DNA of 64,000 nt from Eledone cirrhosa. Taxonomy: Eukaryota. The notes beneath the pieces were generated by a model, which worked only from the letters and a program-made list of their open reading frames with translations, did no database searches and was not told the origin of the DNA. Made by a program: the position numbers and the translations under genes. Numbering within the stretch: position 1 is the first letter of the stretch; each line of letters begins with the position of its first letter. Location: the NCBI GenBank assembly GCA_964016885.1, contig OZ024740.1, positions 74,524,001-74,588,000 of the forward strand, written 5' to 3'. Shown one piece after another: positions 1 to 12,140 of the stretch.

Positions 1-217
1 GGAACGGGGGACTCTGTCGAAGGCTTTCTCCAAGTCGACAAAAGCTAAGTATAGGGGTTTACTTTTAGCTAATGTAGATATATATATATGTACATGAACT
101 CCAACCACAGCCGGCTATTCCCAGTGAATGTATTGGTTGCCGACTCTGTGCAAGACATTTTAGATCATTGGCTGGGCTAAAAAGCCACATTCGATCGCAG
201 CGCTGTTAGTTGCTATC

Positions 218-364
218 GTGTGTGTGTATAGATATGTTTATGTGTGCGCGTGTGTGTGCATATATATATGTATATGTATATTATTATTGTTGTTATTATT
301 ATTATTATTATTGTTATGAATGTATATGTGTGTGTGTATATATATATGTGTGTATATATGTATA

Positions 365-426
<62 letters not shown>

Positions 427-1320
427 TTTTTTAATCTATTAATTTTTTTTTTTCTCCTCGTGCAATGGCCATACTCGATAACGAGGGGGCAGCCATCATC
501 ATATATATATATATATAACAACAGCGACAGCAACAACAACAACAGCAACAACACCATTGTCTGTGTTGAATGTGAGTATATGTATGTATATATATATGTG
601 TGTATGTATATATATATGTATGTGTACATATCACACACGCGAAGCGAACAAATTTCAAAATTTCAACCCAGTGACTACAACAACACCAACAACACCAACA
701 ACAACAACAGCAACAACACCATTGTCTGCAGCAGCAGCATCAGTGAAATGAACAACAACAACAACAACAACTGCCACCACCTTCACAACCACCACCACCA
801 CCATCACTGGCACCACATCCACCACCACCACCATCCACCACCTTCACCAGCACCACTACTACCACCACCACCATCACCACCATCCACAACCACCACCTTC
901 ACCTCCACCACTACCACTACCATCACTGGCACATCCACCACCATCACCATCACTGACACCATCCACCACCACCACCACCATCACTGGCACTATCCACCAC
1001 AACCACCATCACTGAAACTATCCTCCACCATCACCACCACCATTCACCACCAGCACCACCATCACTGGCACCATCCAACACTGTCACCATCACTGACATC
1101 ATCCACCACCACCACCATTACCAGCGTAAAGCAAACAATTATTATTATTATTATATAAAAACTGAACTGGACTGGAAAAGTCAACAGTTGATTTTGTATC
1201 AATACTGACGGTAATATATATATATATGTATGTGTGAGTGGTGTGTGTGTTTGTATGCATGAGTGTTGGTGTGTGAGTGGCGTGTATGTTTGTAGTTTGT
1301 ATGCATGAGTGTTGGTGTGT

Positions 1321-1360
<40 letters not shown>
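218..1360. repeat. compound microsatellite block: (TG)n/(TA)n/(TTA)n/poly-T, (CAA)n, (CAC)n, (TG)n
   Basis: Directly visible simple repeats; they explain the low-complexity ORFs here. Confidence 0.95.
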
Positions 1361-1439
1361 ATGTCGTGTCAATAAGTGGGGGGGGGTTATGACCATGCTG
1401 TAAAATGGAGGGGTAGAGAGGGCCCTTGAGTCTAGTAAG

Positions 1440-4392
1440 ATATCCTCTCTAGTGCTGCTGGCACAAATAAAAGCACCCAGTCCATGCTGTAAAGTGGCGC
1501 TGGTGTTAGGAAGTGCATCCAAAATGCTTATCAGCACAGCAACAAATAGATAAGAACAACAAAATATGAAGACGTTGCATCTCAGAGTTGCAACACTTAA
1601 TGTTGGCACTCTCATAGGTAGATCTGCTGAAATAGCGGAGATGCTGGAGAGAAGGCATGTGGATGTGTGCTGCATGCAAGAGGTGAGATGGAGAGGTGCC
1701 TCTGAGAGACTAGTCGTAGGCAAACATCTTAGCTATAAGCTTTTCTGGGAAGGTAAGGATGATGGGTTAGGGGGAGTAGGCATTTTCCTGGCTAAGAGAT
1801 GGATCAATAAGACAATAGAGGTAGTTCGAGTTAGTAATCGAATAATTAAGCTTAGATTATTTGTAGGCAGGAGACTACTGACAATCATCTCTGCCTATGC
1901 TCCCCAAGCAGGCCTAGGCAAAGAAGAGAAAGACTGCTTTTACGAGCAGCTTTTACAAACAACCGCAATGACAGGACGGAGACATCGTTATGCTAGCAGG
2001 GGATTTCAATGATCATGTTGGACAGCTCCAGGATGGTTACATTGGGGTACATGGTGGGCATGGTTATGGCTCAAGAAATGAAGAAGGAGTGAGACTTCTT
2101 GAATTTTGTGATGCAAGTACATTGACTATTTGCAACACTAACTTCCAGAAACCTGCCAACCACCTAATAACCTACAAATCTGGCGAGCACATAAGCCAGA
2201 TTGACTTCTTACTAGTTAGGCAGTGGGACAGGCAGATAGTGTCTAATACCAGGGCATACCTTGGGAAAGAATGTACCCCCACAGCATAGGGTAGTCGTTA
2301 GTGATATCTCAGTAAGCAAGAGATGGAATGAGACATACAGGAAGGTGTGGAGAAGAAATGTCTGAAAGCTAAAAGACCTTTCACTAAAATACAAATTTAG
2401 GAAAGCCCTTCAAGATGTGTATGACGAAAAAGAAGATGATTTAGAGACGTATGACATAGATAATAACTGGAATTTCCTACGTGACAACTTACTGCAGGCT
2501 ACTGATGAAACTTGTGTCTGGAGCAGAGCTCCAACCAGACAGAGAGTGACCTGATGGTGGAACAGCACAGTAGATAAGGCCATTAGAGACAAAAGACTAG
2601 CATGGAAGGCTTGGAAAAAGGGTGGGAGTAAGGAAGGATATACAGCCGCTAAGAGAGAAGCTAGACGTCAGGTGTACTTAGCACGCAGGGAGGCTGAGAG
2701 TAAGAGGTTTGCCAATGTTCTGTGACGAGAAGATCAGAGGCGTGCGATGTTCCACGTTGCAAGGCAGTGTGTCAATACAAATCAGGATGTTGTTGGAGAT
2801 AGGAGTGTCCGGAATGATGCCCGTGTACTTAGTGTCACAAATGATCAGAAAAAGGAGGCCTGGAAATGTCATTATGAGAGACTGATGAATGTGGAGAACA
2901 AATGGGAGAGAGAGAAATTACCGTCAGTAGATCCGACAGAGGGACCAGCTATTGAGATTGACGAATATAGAGTCCAAGAGGCGATTAAGGAAATGAAAAA
3001 TGGTAAGGCTGCTGGACTATCGGGGATAGTTGCTGAGATGCTGAAGGCATCAGGGGACGTAGGCACTAAACTGGTTGCACGCATCATCAATCAGGCTATA
3101 TATGGTGGTGTCATACCCAAAGACTGGTGCAGCAGTATTCTAATAAATTGCTACAAAGGTAATAAAGGGGATGCTCTGGAGAGGAGCAATTATAGGGGTA
3201 TAAAACTGATGGATCAGGTTATGAAAATGGCAATGCAAACTTTGTACAGAGATACTGTCAGTAAAGTCAGGGTAGGAATGGAGTTTAGGGAGGAATTCCA
3301 GATACAAGTAGGAGTACATCAAGGTTCGGTCCTCAACCCGCTCTTGTTCATTATAGTCCTCCAAGCCATAACAGAGGAGTTTAAGACTGGTTGTCCATGG
3401 GAACTTCTCTATGCTAACGATCTGATTCTTATAGCAGAATCAGTAGAGCAGCTAGAGAATAAATTCTGGCTATAGAAACAGCAGTTGGAAGCAAGAGGAC
3501 TGATAGTGAACCTAGCTAAGACAAAAGTGTTGATGAGTAGAAAAGAGGACAAAACTCTGATTCTGTCAGGGAAATGGCCATGTTCGATATGCAGAAAAGG
3601 AACTGGCATAAATTCTATAAAATGCACACAAGAGATGTAGCGGGATAGCAAGCAAACTAACAGGTAGGGAGAAATACGTATGCAGTAGATGTACAGGGAA
3701 ATTAGAAGGTAGAAGTCGCATTGATAGACACATTTTTCAAATGCAGGCGGGTGCTATAGAAGTGGTGGGTAGCTTCCTGTACCTAGGAGATCAGATTAGC
3801 ATAGGAGGGGGGTGTTCCAAGGCCATAGTATCTAGAATAAGGACGGGTTGGAAGAAGTTTAGCGAGCTGCTTCCTCTGCTGACGAAGAAGGGTTTCTCCC
3901 TGCGTACGAAAGGCCAGTTATATGATGCCTGTGTGATGTGTGAGGAGCACGATGCTGCATGGTAGTGAGACATGGGCAGCAACTGCAGAGGATATGCGAC
4001 AGCTGGAGAGAAATGAGGCAAGCATGCTCCGTTGGATGTGTAGTGTCAATGTGCATGAACGACCCAGCATGAATGTGTTGAGAGAGAAACTGTGTCTGAG
4101 AGGGATAGAATGTAGTGTGCGAGAGAGGAGACTCCAGTGGTATGGACATGTGATGCGCATGGAGGATGACCGATGGGTGAAGAAGTACCAGGAAATGCCA
4201 GTTGAAGGAAGACGTGGTAGAGGTAGACCATGAAAAACATGGGCGGAGGTGGTGAGAACAGACCTCAGATTACTGAAGCTCACGGTGGAGATGACGAAGG
4301 ACCGTGACAAGTGGAGAGATGCTGTGCTGAATAAGACCCGTCCCACCCTTGCAAGAAGGGAAGAGCAGACGTAAAATGATGATGATGATGAT
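1440..4392 (+). mobile_element. near full-length decayed RTE-clade LINE (APE endonuclease + RT), internally deleted
   Basis: ORF pieces LRVATLNVGTL..DVCCMQEVRW and GDFNDHVG (APE); GVHQGSVLNPLLF..LLYANDL (RT, YADD mutated); RRLQWYGHVMRM..GRRGRGRP (RTE C-terminus). 3' tail gacgtaaaa(tga)n. Stops, frameshifts and a deletion inside the RT (DQVMK|MAMQ). Confidence 0.92.
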
Positions 4393-4560
4393 ATATATAT
4401 ATATATTTTTAAAAAATTTCGCTCTACATGGCTGAATACAATAAATGTAATCTGAGTTTTTCGAATGTTAATAATAACATTTGATTCATTTGCAATTATG
4501 CAAACAAGCCATGTCAGTAGAATGAACACTTCATTCTTGCTCTTATGTTGGCATACACAC

Positions 4561-4620
4561 AGAACTGCAGACACTAATGTTTCTGGGTATCACCCTTCAT
4601 CAGTCAGCTCACTGTTTGCC
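4561..4620 (-). ncRNA. type I hammerhead ribozyme-like motif (inverted copy)
   Basis: Minus strand gagctga-CTGATGA-agggtgataccca-GAAAca-ttag-tGTC-tgcagttct. Stem I has a 1-nt deletion relative to the + copy. Confidence 0.65.
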
Positions 4621-4891
4621 TGCCAAACTGTCAGAGCTAGTGAAAATATATGCTATTTTCAAAAATACACAATGATTAATCGGCCTGATTTGCATATTAG
4701 CAGATTGGCTGTCGCTCGTATACAGGAAACTGACTGGCCAGTCTGCTGATATGCAAATCTGGCTGATCAGTGGATCTGCTAATATACAGATCTGACTGAT
4801 CAGCCAGTCTGCTAATATGCAAATCAGGCCAATCAGTCACTGTGTATTTTTGAAAATAACATATATTTTCACTAGCTTTGACAGTTTGGCA

Positions 4892-4958
4892 GGTGAACAG
4901 TGAGCTGTACTGATGAAGGGTGATACCCAGAAACATTAGTGTCTGCAGTTCTGTTCGC
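4892..4958 (+). ncRNA. type I hammerhead ribozyme-like motif
   Basis: Stem I gagctgta/tgcagttc (8 bp, 2 G-U); CTGATGA 4910-4916; stem II gggt/accc; GAAA 4930-4933; stem III aca/tgt with TTAG loop; GUC site at C4943. Confidence 0.75.
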
Positions 4959-5078
4959 ATGCCAACATAAAAGCAAAAATGAAGTGTTCATTCTACTGAC
5001 ATGGCTATAAAATTGAGGCCCGTTTGCATAATTGCAAACAAATCAAATGTTATTATTAACATTCAAAAAACTCAGATT

Positions 5079-5497
5079 CATCATCATTATCATCTTTGTT
5101 TAATGTCGATCTTCCACGCTAGCATGGGTTAGATGGGAGTTGTCCCACTTGAGGCAAGGCTGGTCGAGTGACCATGTCTCACTCATATAGGACTATCTGG
5201 CAGGTTTTCTACAGCTGGATGCCCTTCCTAATACCAACCACATTTACAGTGTGAAACTGGGAACTTTTTACCATGTTACCTACATGGCCACATTACAGCG
5301 TGGACTGTGTGTTTTTTTGTCGTGACACCTACACATTCTCAATCTCATTATCTCATTTATTTGGACTGGATGTTGTGGTACCAACTTTACAGAGAGAGGG
5401 TGGTGTTAGTGGGAGGATAGGGTAGGGTAGTGGATTGGGGTGTATATTTGGTTAAGAGGTGCCTACTGACTGTAGTTTCATTTTATACCTAGGCAAG
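5079..5497 (-). mobile_element. 5'-truncated RTE-family copy consisting of its SINE-like 3' module
   Basis: (cat)n tail at the left end, ggatgcccttcctaa motif; colinear with copies at ~24045-24428, 27985-28345, 35715-36085 and 52370-52806. Confidence 0.75.
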
Positions 5498-5518
5498 GTG
5501 GATATATATATATATAAA

Positions 5519-5770
5519 AGGTGTATATGAAAGTATATATATGTTTATATATGATAAACATATGAGGGTCCCTCTATGAAAGAAAAACCTTTTTGCGTTA
5601 TAAAAAAAAATATTTTTCTGTCTCTTGCTCTGTGAACAGGTTACAGATATCTCAAAGTAAAAGTGAGAAAAATAGTTTTTTCATAACGGAAAAAAACTTT
5701 TTCTTTTATAGTGAGGCTTTCATATGTTTATTGTATATAAACACACAGTATATGCTTTCATATGCAACCC
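5519..5770. repeat. diverged inverted repeat (arms ~5519-5594 and 5691-5770)
   Basis: tgtttatatatgataaacatatgagggtccctctatgaaagaaaaa versus tttttcttttatagtgaggctttcatatgtttattgtatataaaca. Confidence 0.75.
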
Positions 5771-5957
5771 TATTATGCTTATTGCTATCTAAGTGCTACT
5801 GCCAATTGATATATATATATATTTATTTTATTTAGGTTTGTTGGTTCACCACTGAATAGAACTGGTCATTCCGTATGTAATATTATGGAGAGCACTCAAC
5901 GTAATGCAACTCACCCGTCTTCGTTTGTGTAGTTGGTGGTGCGAGTACGGAGTTAAT

Positions 5958-6248
5958 TATTATAAAATAACAGGAGGTTGGACTGGTGTAAATCCTTGAA
6001 AGGTTTATTATACTATGATCATTTCAATGACCGGGTTCAGTATGAATCCGGTGACATCATCAGATATTCAAAATATAACAAAGGAATATAACAGATAAAA
6101 TCCATGGGGCTGAAAATCAGAGACAAGAGGATGACCGACCATTTAGCAGCTTCTACCTCGGTCAACTGAACCCTGTCATTGAAATGATCATAGTATAATA
6201 AACCTTTCAAGGATTTACACCCGTCCAGCCTCCTGTTATTTTATAATA
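5958..6248. repeat. inverted repeat (arms ~5958-6041 and 6165-6248)
   Basis: Near-perfect ~84-bp reverse-complement arms (tgtaaatccttgaaaggtttattatactatgatcatttcaatgac). Confidence 0.9.
6008..6070 (-). ncRNA. minimal type I hammerhead-like motif with palindromic GATC loop III
   Basis: Minus strand atat-CTGATGA-tgtcaccggattcatactgaacccggtcatt-GAAAt-GATC-ATA-gtat. Stem II has mismatches near the core. Confidence 0.55.
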
Positions 6249-6260
6249 TATTTATTTTAT

Positions 6261-6382
6261 ATAGAAATGACTTCTACAGGATTAGAAGTATTTCATTTGT
6301 ATGGAATCTTCAGAAATAAAAGACATTCCTGATGATTACATACAAATGAAGCAGTTCTAGTCCCATAGAAGTTATTTCCATA
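6261..6382. repeat. short diverged inverted repeat; related arm at ~36415-36472
   Basis: atagaaatgacttctacaggattagaagtatttcatttgtatggaatcttcag versus ctgatgattacatacaaatgaagcagttctagtcccatagaagttatttccat. Confidence 0.75.
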
Positions 6383-8524
6383 TAAAATAAAGATGCCTAT
6401 ACTCTACCAATGTATTAAGTACCTTTTTCAACTATGGACACCTCCTGATGTCTATCGGGAATTCACCCATAATTTTATATCAACATATGTGTGTGTGTTT
6501 AAAAGGAAAGGCCATCTGTTTAATGTTTCTGGGGGCCTAGCCATTATATATACAAGAACTTTTGACTCAAGAAAGACAATCTGCTTCTTTGCTCTGCCAC
6601 AGAGACTTGCTTGCTCCGAAGCTGGCCAGGCAATTCCAACCTATGTGGTCAGCTGTTCTCACCATGCACACCCACTTGAGCTAAGGTTAGTAGAATTCAC
6701 TACTTTTACATTCTACATTCACACACAATCCAATCAATTTAACACACCACAATTATACATGTATCTATTTCTATTGAGAGTAAATCATGCAGCCAATAAA
6801 AAATATATAAAAATTAGCAGTGCCGTGCTCATTTGTAAATTCATATCAATGTGATTAGGGAAAATCGTCTTCCCCACAGCAATATTATATCATCATAATA
6901 ATCGATGACATCAACTAATTTCATCGACTGTCGCAAGACTTTATAGCAACAATTCTCTCAATTCACTGAGGCACGCTTAACTCACTTGCCATTGACTTGA
7001 CCAACAAACCACTCATTCAACTTTATCAATTCATTTCACAACTACATTACCATCCAATAAATGAACAAAGCAGACAAACAAACTCTCTCACCTACTAAAC
7101 CTGTCACTGTAGTTTTTTTTTATCTTTTCTGAAATTTTCTTTGGATTTCTACATTTAAAACATAAGAGATTGAGATTACTATTCTTAACCTTTTCGTTGC
7201 CATATTTCTAATGATAGACACAGACTATGATTTTTGAATAATTTTGAAAATAACAAAGAATTACAGAGATTTAATAATATAATCAACTTTCTCATTACTA
7301 AGCTGGTGTTTGGATCATAACTTAATAAAGTTTCTTAAATAAAATTATGATGGAAGGTTTACAGATAAATCTACATAACACTTTATAATATGCAGTTTTG
7401 TCTCAATTAAGATTCTGAAAAATGTTTTTTTTTTTCAGAATCATAATTTTCTATGCTTCAAATGTAGGAATCTGAACTAAACCTACTTATTAAATGGATT
7501 CTGATTCGGGTAAATATCCCCTCAATTCTGGAGATAACTCGATTCTCCAGAGTTGACGGGAAGTGACCAAATGGTCTTACCCTTTGTCTTTGGGATGCTA
7601 CAGTCAGTGATTATTTTGCTCCTTTCCGCATTTTCGATGCTGCAGTAAAAGTGAGGGTCACTGTTTCCATAACAGAACAGAAAAAAATGTTTAAATACTG
7701 GGAATTATCAAAAACCTAATTTTTCCAGCTTGTGATGTTTGAAACGTTTGGAGGAACTGAGCTGCTGATGTGAGGAACTGAAGAACTAAATTGTGATGCC
7801 CATGAGGGTGCTCAGTTGTTCCACAGGCTTAGCCTTAGTATATGCCTCATCTCAGGATATGCCCCTCAGGTAGAAGAGTGTTGAAAAGAAAAAAGTTTTG
7901 GTATGCAAGTTTTGATGTTGATTTAACATTTGCTTTCGTTTTGGTTCTATATTTTCATGTGAAATATGTATATAATTAAATAATAGAGATAGATGTATGT
8001 GTTGAATTTTGAAAGTTATGGCATTCATATTTGTAATTTTTAAGCCTTTGGGAAAATTGGAAACTTTGCTATTATGTAATTTCATGTATATCGTTTATTT
8101 TGATATAAAATTAAAAAAAAAAGAAAAACAACTCGATAAAACCATAAAACGGAACAGTGAGGAACCCGAACCTTCCCTTTCAAACATATTTTAACGCAGA
8201 ACCCTTATACGATTTCCGTAAAAATTGCCGAACCCATACTTTATAGGCAATCCCTACTGCCCTAATAAAAAAAATTAAATTAAATAATAATTAATGTGGA
8301 AAGAAAATTTATTCATATAAAAAATTTTAATTAAATGATAGTTTATACTGTCTAACTCTGGTGGTCCTCAGAAACTACTTTTGAAAACACTGGTTTAGAC
8401 TAAAATGATTACTATGTTAACTTCGAATTTTTTAATAAATGTGACTTATAAAATTCAAGTTCCGATCGGGTAGAGAACGTATCTGGTTAGAAACTGCTGA
8501 TTAATATAAGTTTCAAATAATTCA

Positions 8525-8582
8525 GCGGAAGTTAATTATTGCGCATGTACGAACACATGGCTACAATCCTCTGGTCCACGTG
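8525..8582 (+). promoter_or_regulatory. putative TOMM40 proximal promoter
   Basis: GCGGAAGT (ETS/GABP-like) 8525-8532; TGCGCATG (NRF1-like) 8540-8547; ACATGGC (YY1-like) ~8555-8561; CACGTG 8577-8582. All lie within 150 bp of the ATG in a locally CpG-rich patch. Confidence 0.5.
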
Positions 8583-8668
8583 AAACGGGGCTGGAGTAGT
8601 TTTTGGGGTTGTTCCATAATATATCTGTATATAAATTTTAACATCATTTTCAACACATTTAGGACACT

Positions 8669-8861
8669 ATGGGTAACGTGAATGCAGCATCACAGCCTCC
8701 TTCAGCGGCCGCACCTCCCTTATTAACGCCGCCGCCACCGGCACCACCTAAAGAACCGGCACCTACTTCTGGGCTTTCTGGAGGCCCCCCGTCAGAAGCT
8801 CCCGCATCAAATTTTCCCGACAATCCTGGAACCTTTGAAGATCTCCATAAAAAATGCAAAG
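8669..8861 (+). CDS. TOMM40: mitochondrial import receptor Tom40, coding exon 1
   Basis: MGNVNAAS..Pro-rich..DNPGTFEDLHKKCK (typical Tom40 NPGTFEE/DxHxKCK); donor G|gtaaaa, phase 1. Confidence 0.95.
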
Positions 8862-11759
8862 GTAAAAATATATTACAAATGAAACCCTTTGGTGTTCTTT
8901 CGTTCGATTTCTATGACCGTCTCACCTTGGATATGACCCGGTGCAGTTTGACCCTGTTCTAATATTAACAAACTCCCAAACTGCCTTAAATATATCTCTC
9001 ACGAATCATTTATTGCGTTGGCTCCGCTTTAAAGTACTAGAATTATTTTAATATTAAATTTCATTTTCTTTTACATGCTTGAGCCTGTGTAATTACTGTA
9101 TAATTTCACTGTAATCTCGTGTTTTGACCTATAAACTTTTTTTCTATTAAGCAGGAAGGAGCTTGTTGAATTCGTTGTAAAAATAGCAACATTTCAGTTA
9201 CATACACCTTGTTGGCATTCGATAGTTTTCTTTCATTTGGTGATTTCACCTTCGTTTATTCAAACAAATATTACTATTCATTTGCATTATTCTATTGTCT
9301 CTTTCTCTCTTCCTCCTTCATTGATCCCAAGTTTCGTATTTATTAAAATAGAAAGAAATCGATTTTTGTTGTTTTATTTTGCTTTGTTATATAATTAATA
9401 CACCAAAATGTTTAGTCTTATAAAATATCGAAGGATCTGAAAACCCAAAGTCTTTATTCAGTAATTTGACATTTAAAAAATATCGTAATCTCCAACATAA
9501 TGCAATTAACTGTTGCTCCCTTTCATATGACAGGGATTTAGTCTTCAATAAAGATATATTGCCCAACATGAAAAAAAAGGATGGCAATAATTTGATATGT
9601 CACTAATATATTTTGTATACATTGATTTGCAAACTATTAATGGAATACATATTTAATTACTTTTATCTTAATGCTATGTGTGGTGCTTATAATTAACATG
9701 TCTCTCTACATACCTTTCTTATGTTCACTACAATAAACTTTACATTAACTTACATTTCCAAGTATTTAGATTTAACACTTCCCTAGTAAAATACACATTG
9801 CCTCATATGTTATTAGTTCATTAAGAAATAGGTGGAAATTTCGTATTCTAAATTGATTCTCCGTGAGTGGATTCGCGCTTAGCGCATCAAAGTAACGAAA
9901 TATTCATTAGTTACATAATATACTGTCTTGTTTTTACCTTCAATGAGTGGACTGAGTTTGTCAAGAAATACAAAGATAACAAGATAATAAACGTAAACTT
10001 CTACTGAAACCACTCAGCTAGGTTCTTAACCTATCATTATTTATATCAATATCATCTTATAATTGATTGTAGGGAGCCGAATTATTCTGAGTTTGAAGAT
10101 AAAAATGTAATTAATTCTTGGTGTTTATTTCTTTATGTTCTTGGGTAAAACACTTTGGTAGGCTCACGTACTATCTAGAGGCGAATTATCAGCTTAATGT
10201 TCCTGAAACGAACACCAGTTCTCTTAAGATAGAAACTCATGAAAAATATTGTTTTTAAAATTAGAATAAAACAGTTCTGTATAAGCAAGATACGGTCATC
10301 TGATTTGACTTGTCTCACAGTGGGACAACTCGTCTAACCCATGTTAGCGTGGGGGGAAAATGGATGTTAAACGGTGATGATGAATGAATGAAAAATAAAG
10401 AGAATTGGGTGGTGTTAGTACGACATGTGTATAATTTGAATTGTTGCACCCTAGAGCCGGAAGATATAGAAGAGGAAGTGTTTGGACAGTGTTTTAAAAG
10501 AAGCTTTCTAAGGTTTGAGATAGTAATCGTGCGAGGACAGGAGATAATGAAGGAACATTGAGAATAAGTAGCGGTAGTTCAGATTTGGCAGATTCAGAAA
10601 GGGCTCACAGTTTGCCATTGGGCTGTATTGTCAGTGAAAAGGCTTAATTATCAACTGTGAGTCATATGACTGCCAGGGAGCCTATAACTCACTCTTAGAG
10701 GCATTTGGGACAGTCACACAAATTTAACTGCCCGATCTATGACCACTTTGTCATAATCTTTTTATTTCATTCTTTGTGCTAATTTCAACACCATAAATAC
10801 TGAATATTACAATACTTTACTACTTTCCTACCATCTAGCTAGGAAAACTACAACACAAAACAATCACATACAAAATGGGGGATGTTGCATAAGACTAGTT
10901 GATGTGATAGAACGATACTGTTTAGTGTAAGAATAACATTTTAACTCTTTTGATACCAAACTGCCTGATTCTTTGAAACCAAACCGTTTGTATTCGTATT
11001 TATTAAAAACCTTGTTCATATGTTTCATTTTGGTATGGTGTTTACAGCAGGACGCCTTTCCTAATGCCAACCACTTTCAAGTCAGGTGACCATGTCTAGG
11101 TCCTAAGTTCCATTGTGGCATCGCTTCTAATGCCAACCATTTTTATGGTATGTACTGGAAGGATCTTATTGTGGCACCACCACTACCACCTGACAGGATG
11201 GATTGGGTTTTTTTTTTAGTTTGTAGCACCAACGCTACCACTTTACAGCATAGGCTAGGTGCATTTTATTGTGACACCAGCACTTCCACATTCCAGTATG
11301 GGCTGTGCTGATACCATTTTATTGTGGTACCATGACTACCACATTTTAACACTCGAGTGCTTGTATCCTTGGCTATGCTGAGAGAACAGTGAGAGCAGGG
11401 TTTAGGTTACCTGTTACTAACCTATTGTGGGAGGTGTAGCCTTAGAGGATGTGAGTGACATCTGGTGGTAATGTGGGGTGAGCCTGGCTTTCCATAGTGG
11501 CATGGTTGAGCAAAGAGGATAGGGGATTCAAAGATAAATTTGGCAGTCTGAGTTGTGGGGGATGGGAGAGTAAGTGTTTGATCATAGGGTGGTCTTAGGG
11601 AGAGAATGAATGAGCAAGCAGCATATGACTGCATAGTAAATGTGCATCCACCTTTGGGTATGTGTCAAGGATGTGAATGAGAAGCAAAGGCTGGTGAAGT
11701 AAGGGAGATCAAGTGTGGGAGGGGTGCTAAAAGAGACAGCTCAAGTGTACATCTTTCTG

Positions 11760-12140
11760 CCTTCCTACAGCCATGCTTGTTTCATCTTGCTTGTGTAGGG
11801 ATGCCTGTCTTCTGTAGTACAGAATATCACCAATCGACTCGATCTTATGTCATCTCCTCTGTGATATCTAACTTTAACATTTTGTCTCATGTTTTCCTAC
11901 GTCTTCCTCTTCCTCCCTGTGCTTCTTTATTCAGCTCCCATCCTTCACACATATCGCATGACCATGCCAACATAGTTTTCTTGTACACTGCATCTGATCT
12001 CTGATGCCCAGTTTTGCTCTCAGCCTTTGTCGTTCTTGCACACTATTGTTACACATGCATTGGAGCATGTTCATCTCATTTCTTTCCAGTCTTTGCAAAT
12101 CTTCTGTGTATTTTATATATACTGTATTATTTCTAAGAGG
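11760..12140 (-). mobile_element. RTE LINE 3' fragment
   Basis: TEDLQRLERNEMNMLQCMCN..LRAKLGIR matches the C-terminus of the RTE at 3940-4233. Confidence 0.75.

Larger units (their letters stand above)
4449..5078. repeat. long inverted repeat (arms ~4449-4711 and ~4801-5078), probably Penelope-like/retrozyme derived
   Basis: Arms are reverse complements, e.g. gcagacactaatgtttctgggtatcacccttcatcag versus ctgatgaagggtgatacccagaaacattagtgtctgc. The origin is inferred from the hammerhead motifs. Confidence 0.9.

Noticed and set aside
210-1362. Long His/Thr/Pro/Ile-Tyr-rich ORFs (e.g. 244-1158, 304 aa)
   Set aside because: Translations of microsatellites; no domain or splice support.
2500-2900. 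CTGATGA hits at ~2502 and ~2883 (also 40741, 41237)
   Set aside because: They lie in RTE coding sequence with no supporting stems.
4465-4960. Two similar ORFs on opposite strands (CQTV.ASENICYFQKYT)
   Set aside because: Mirror artefact of the inverted repeat; frames are not preserved between the arms.
8862-8962. Extension of the TOMM40 exon 1 ORF to 97 aa
   Set aside because: Read-through into intron 1; Tom40 homology continues at 13128 after the GT donor at 8862.
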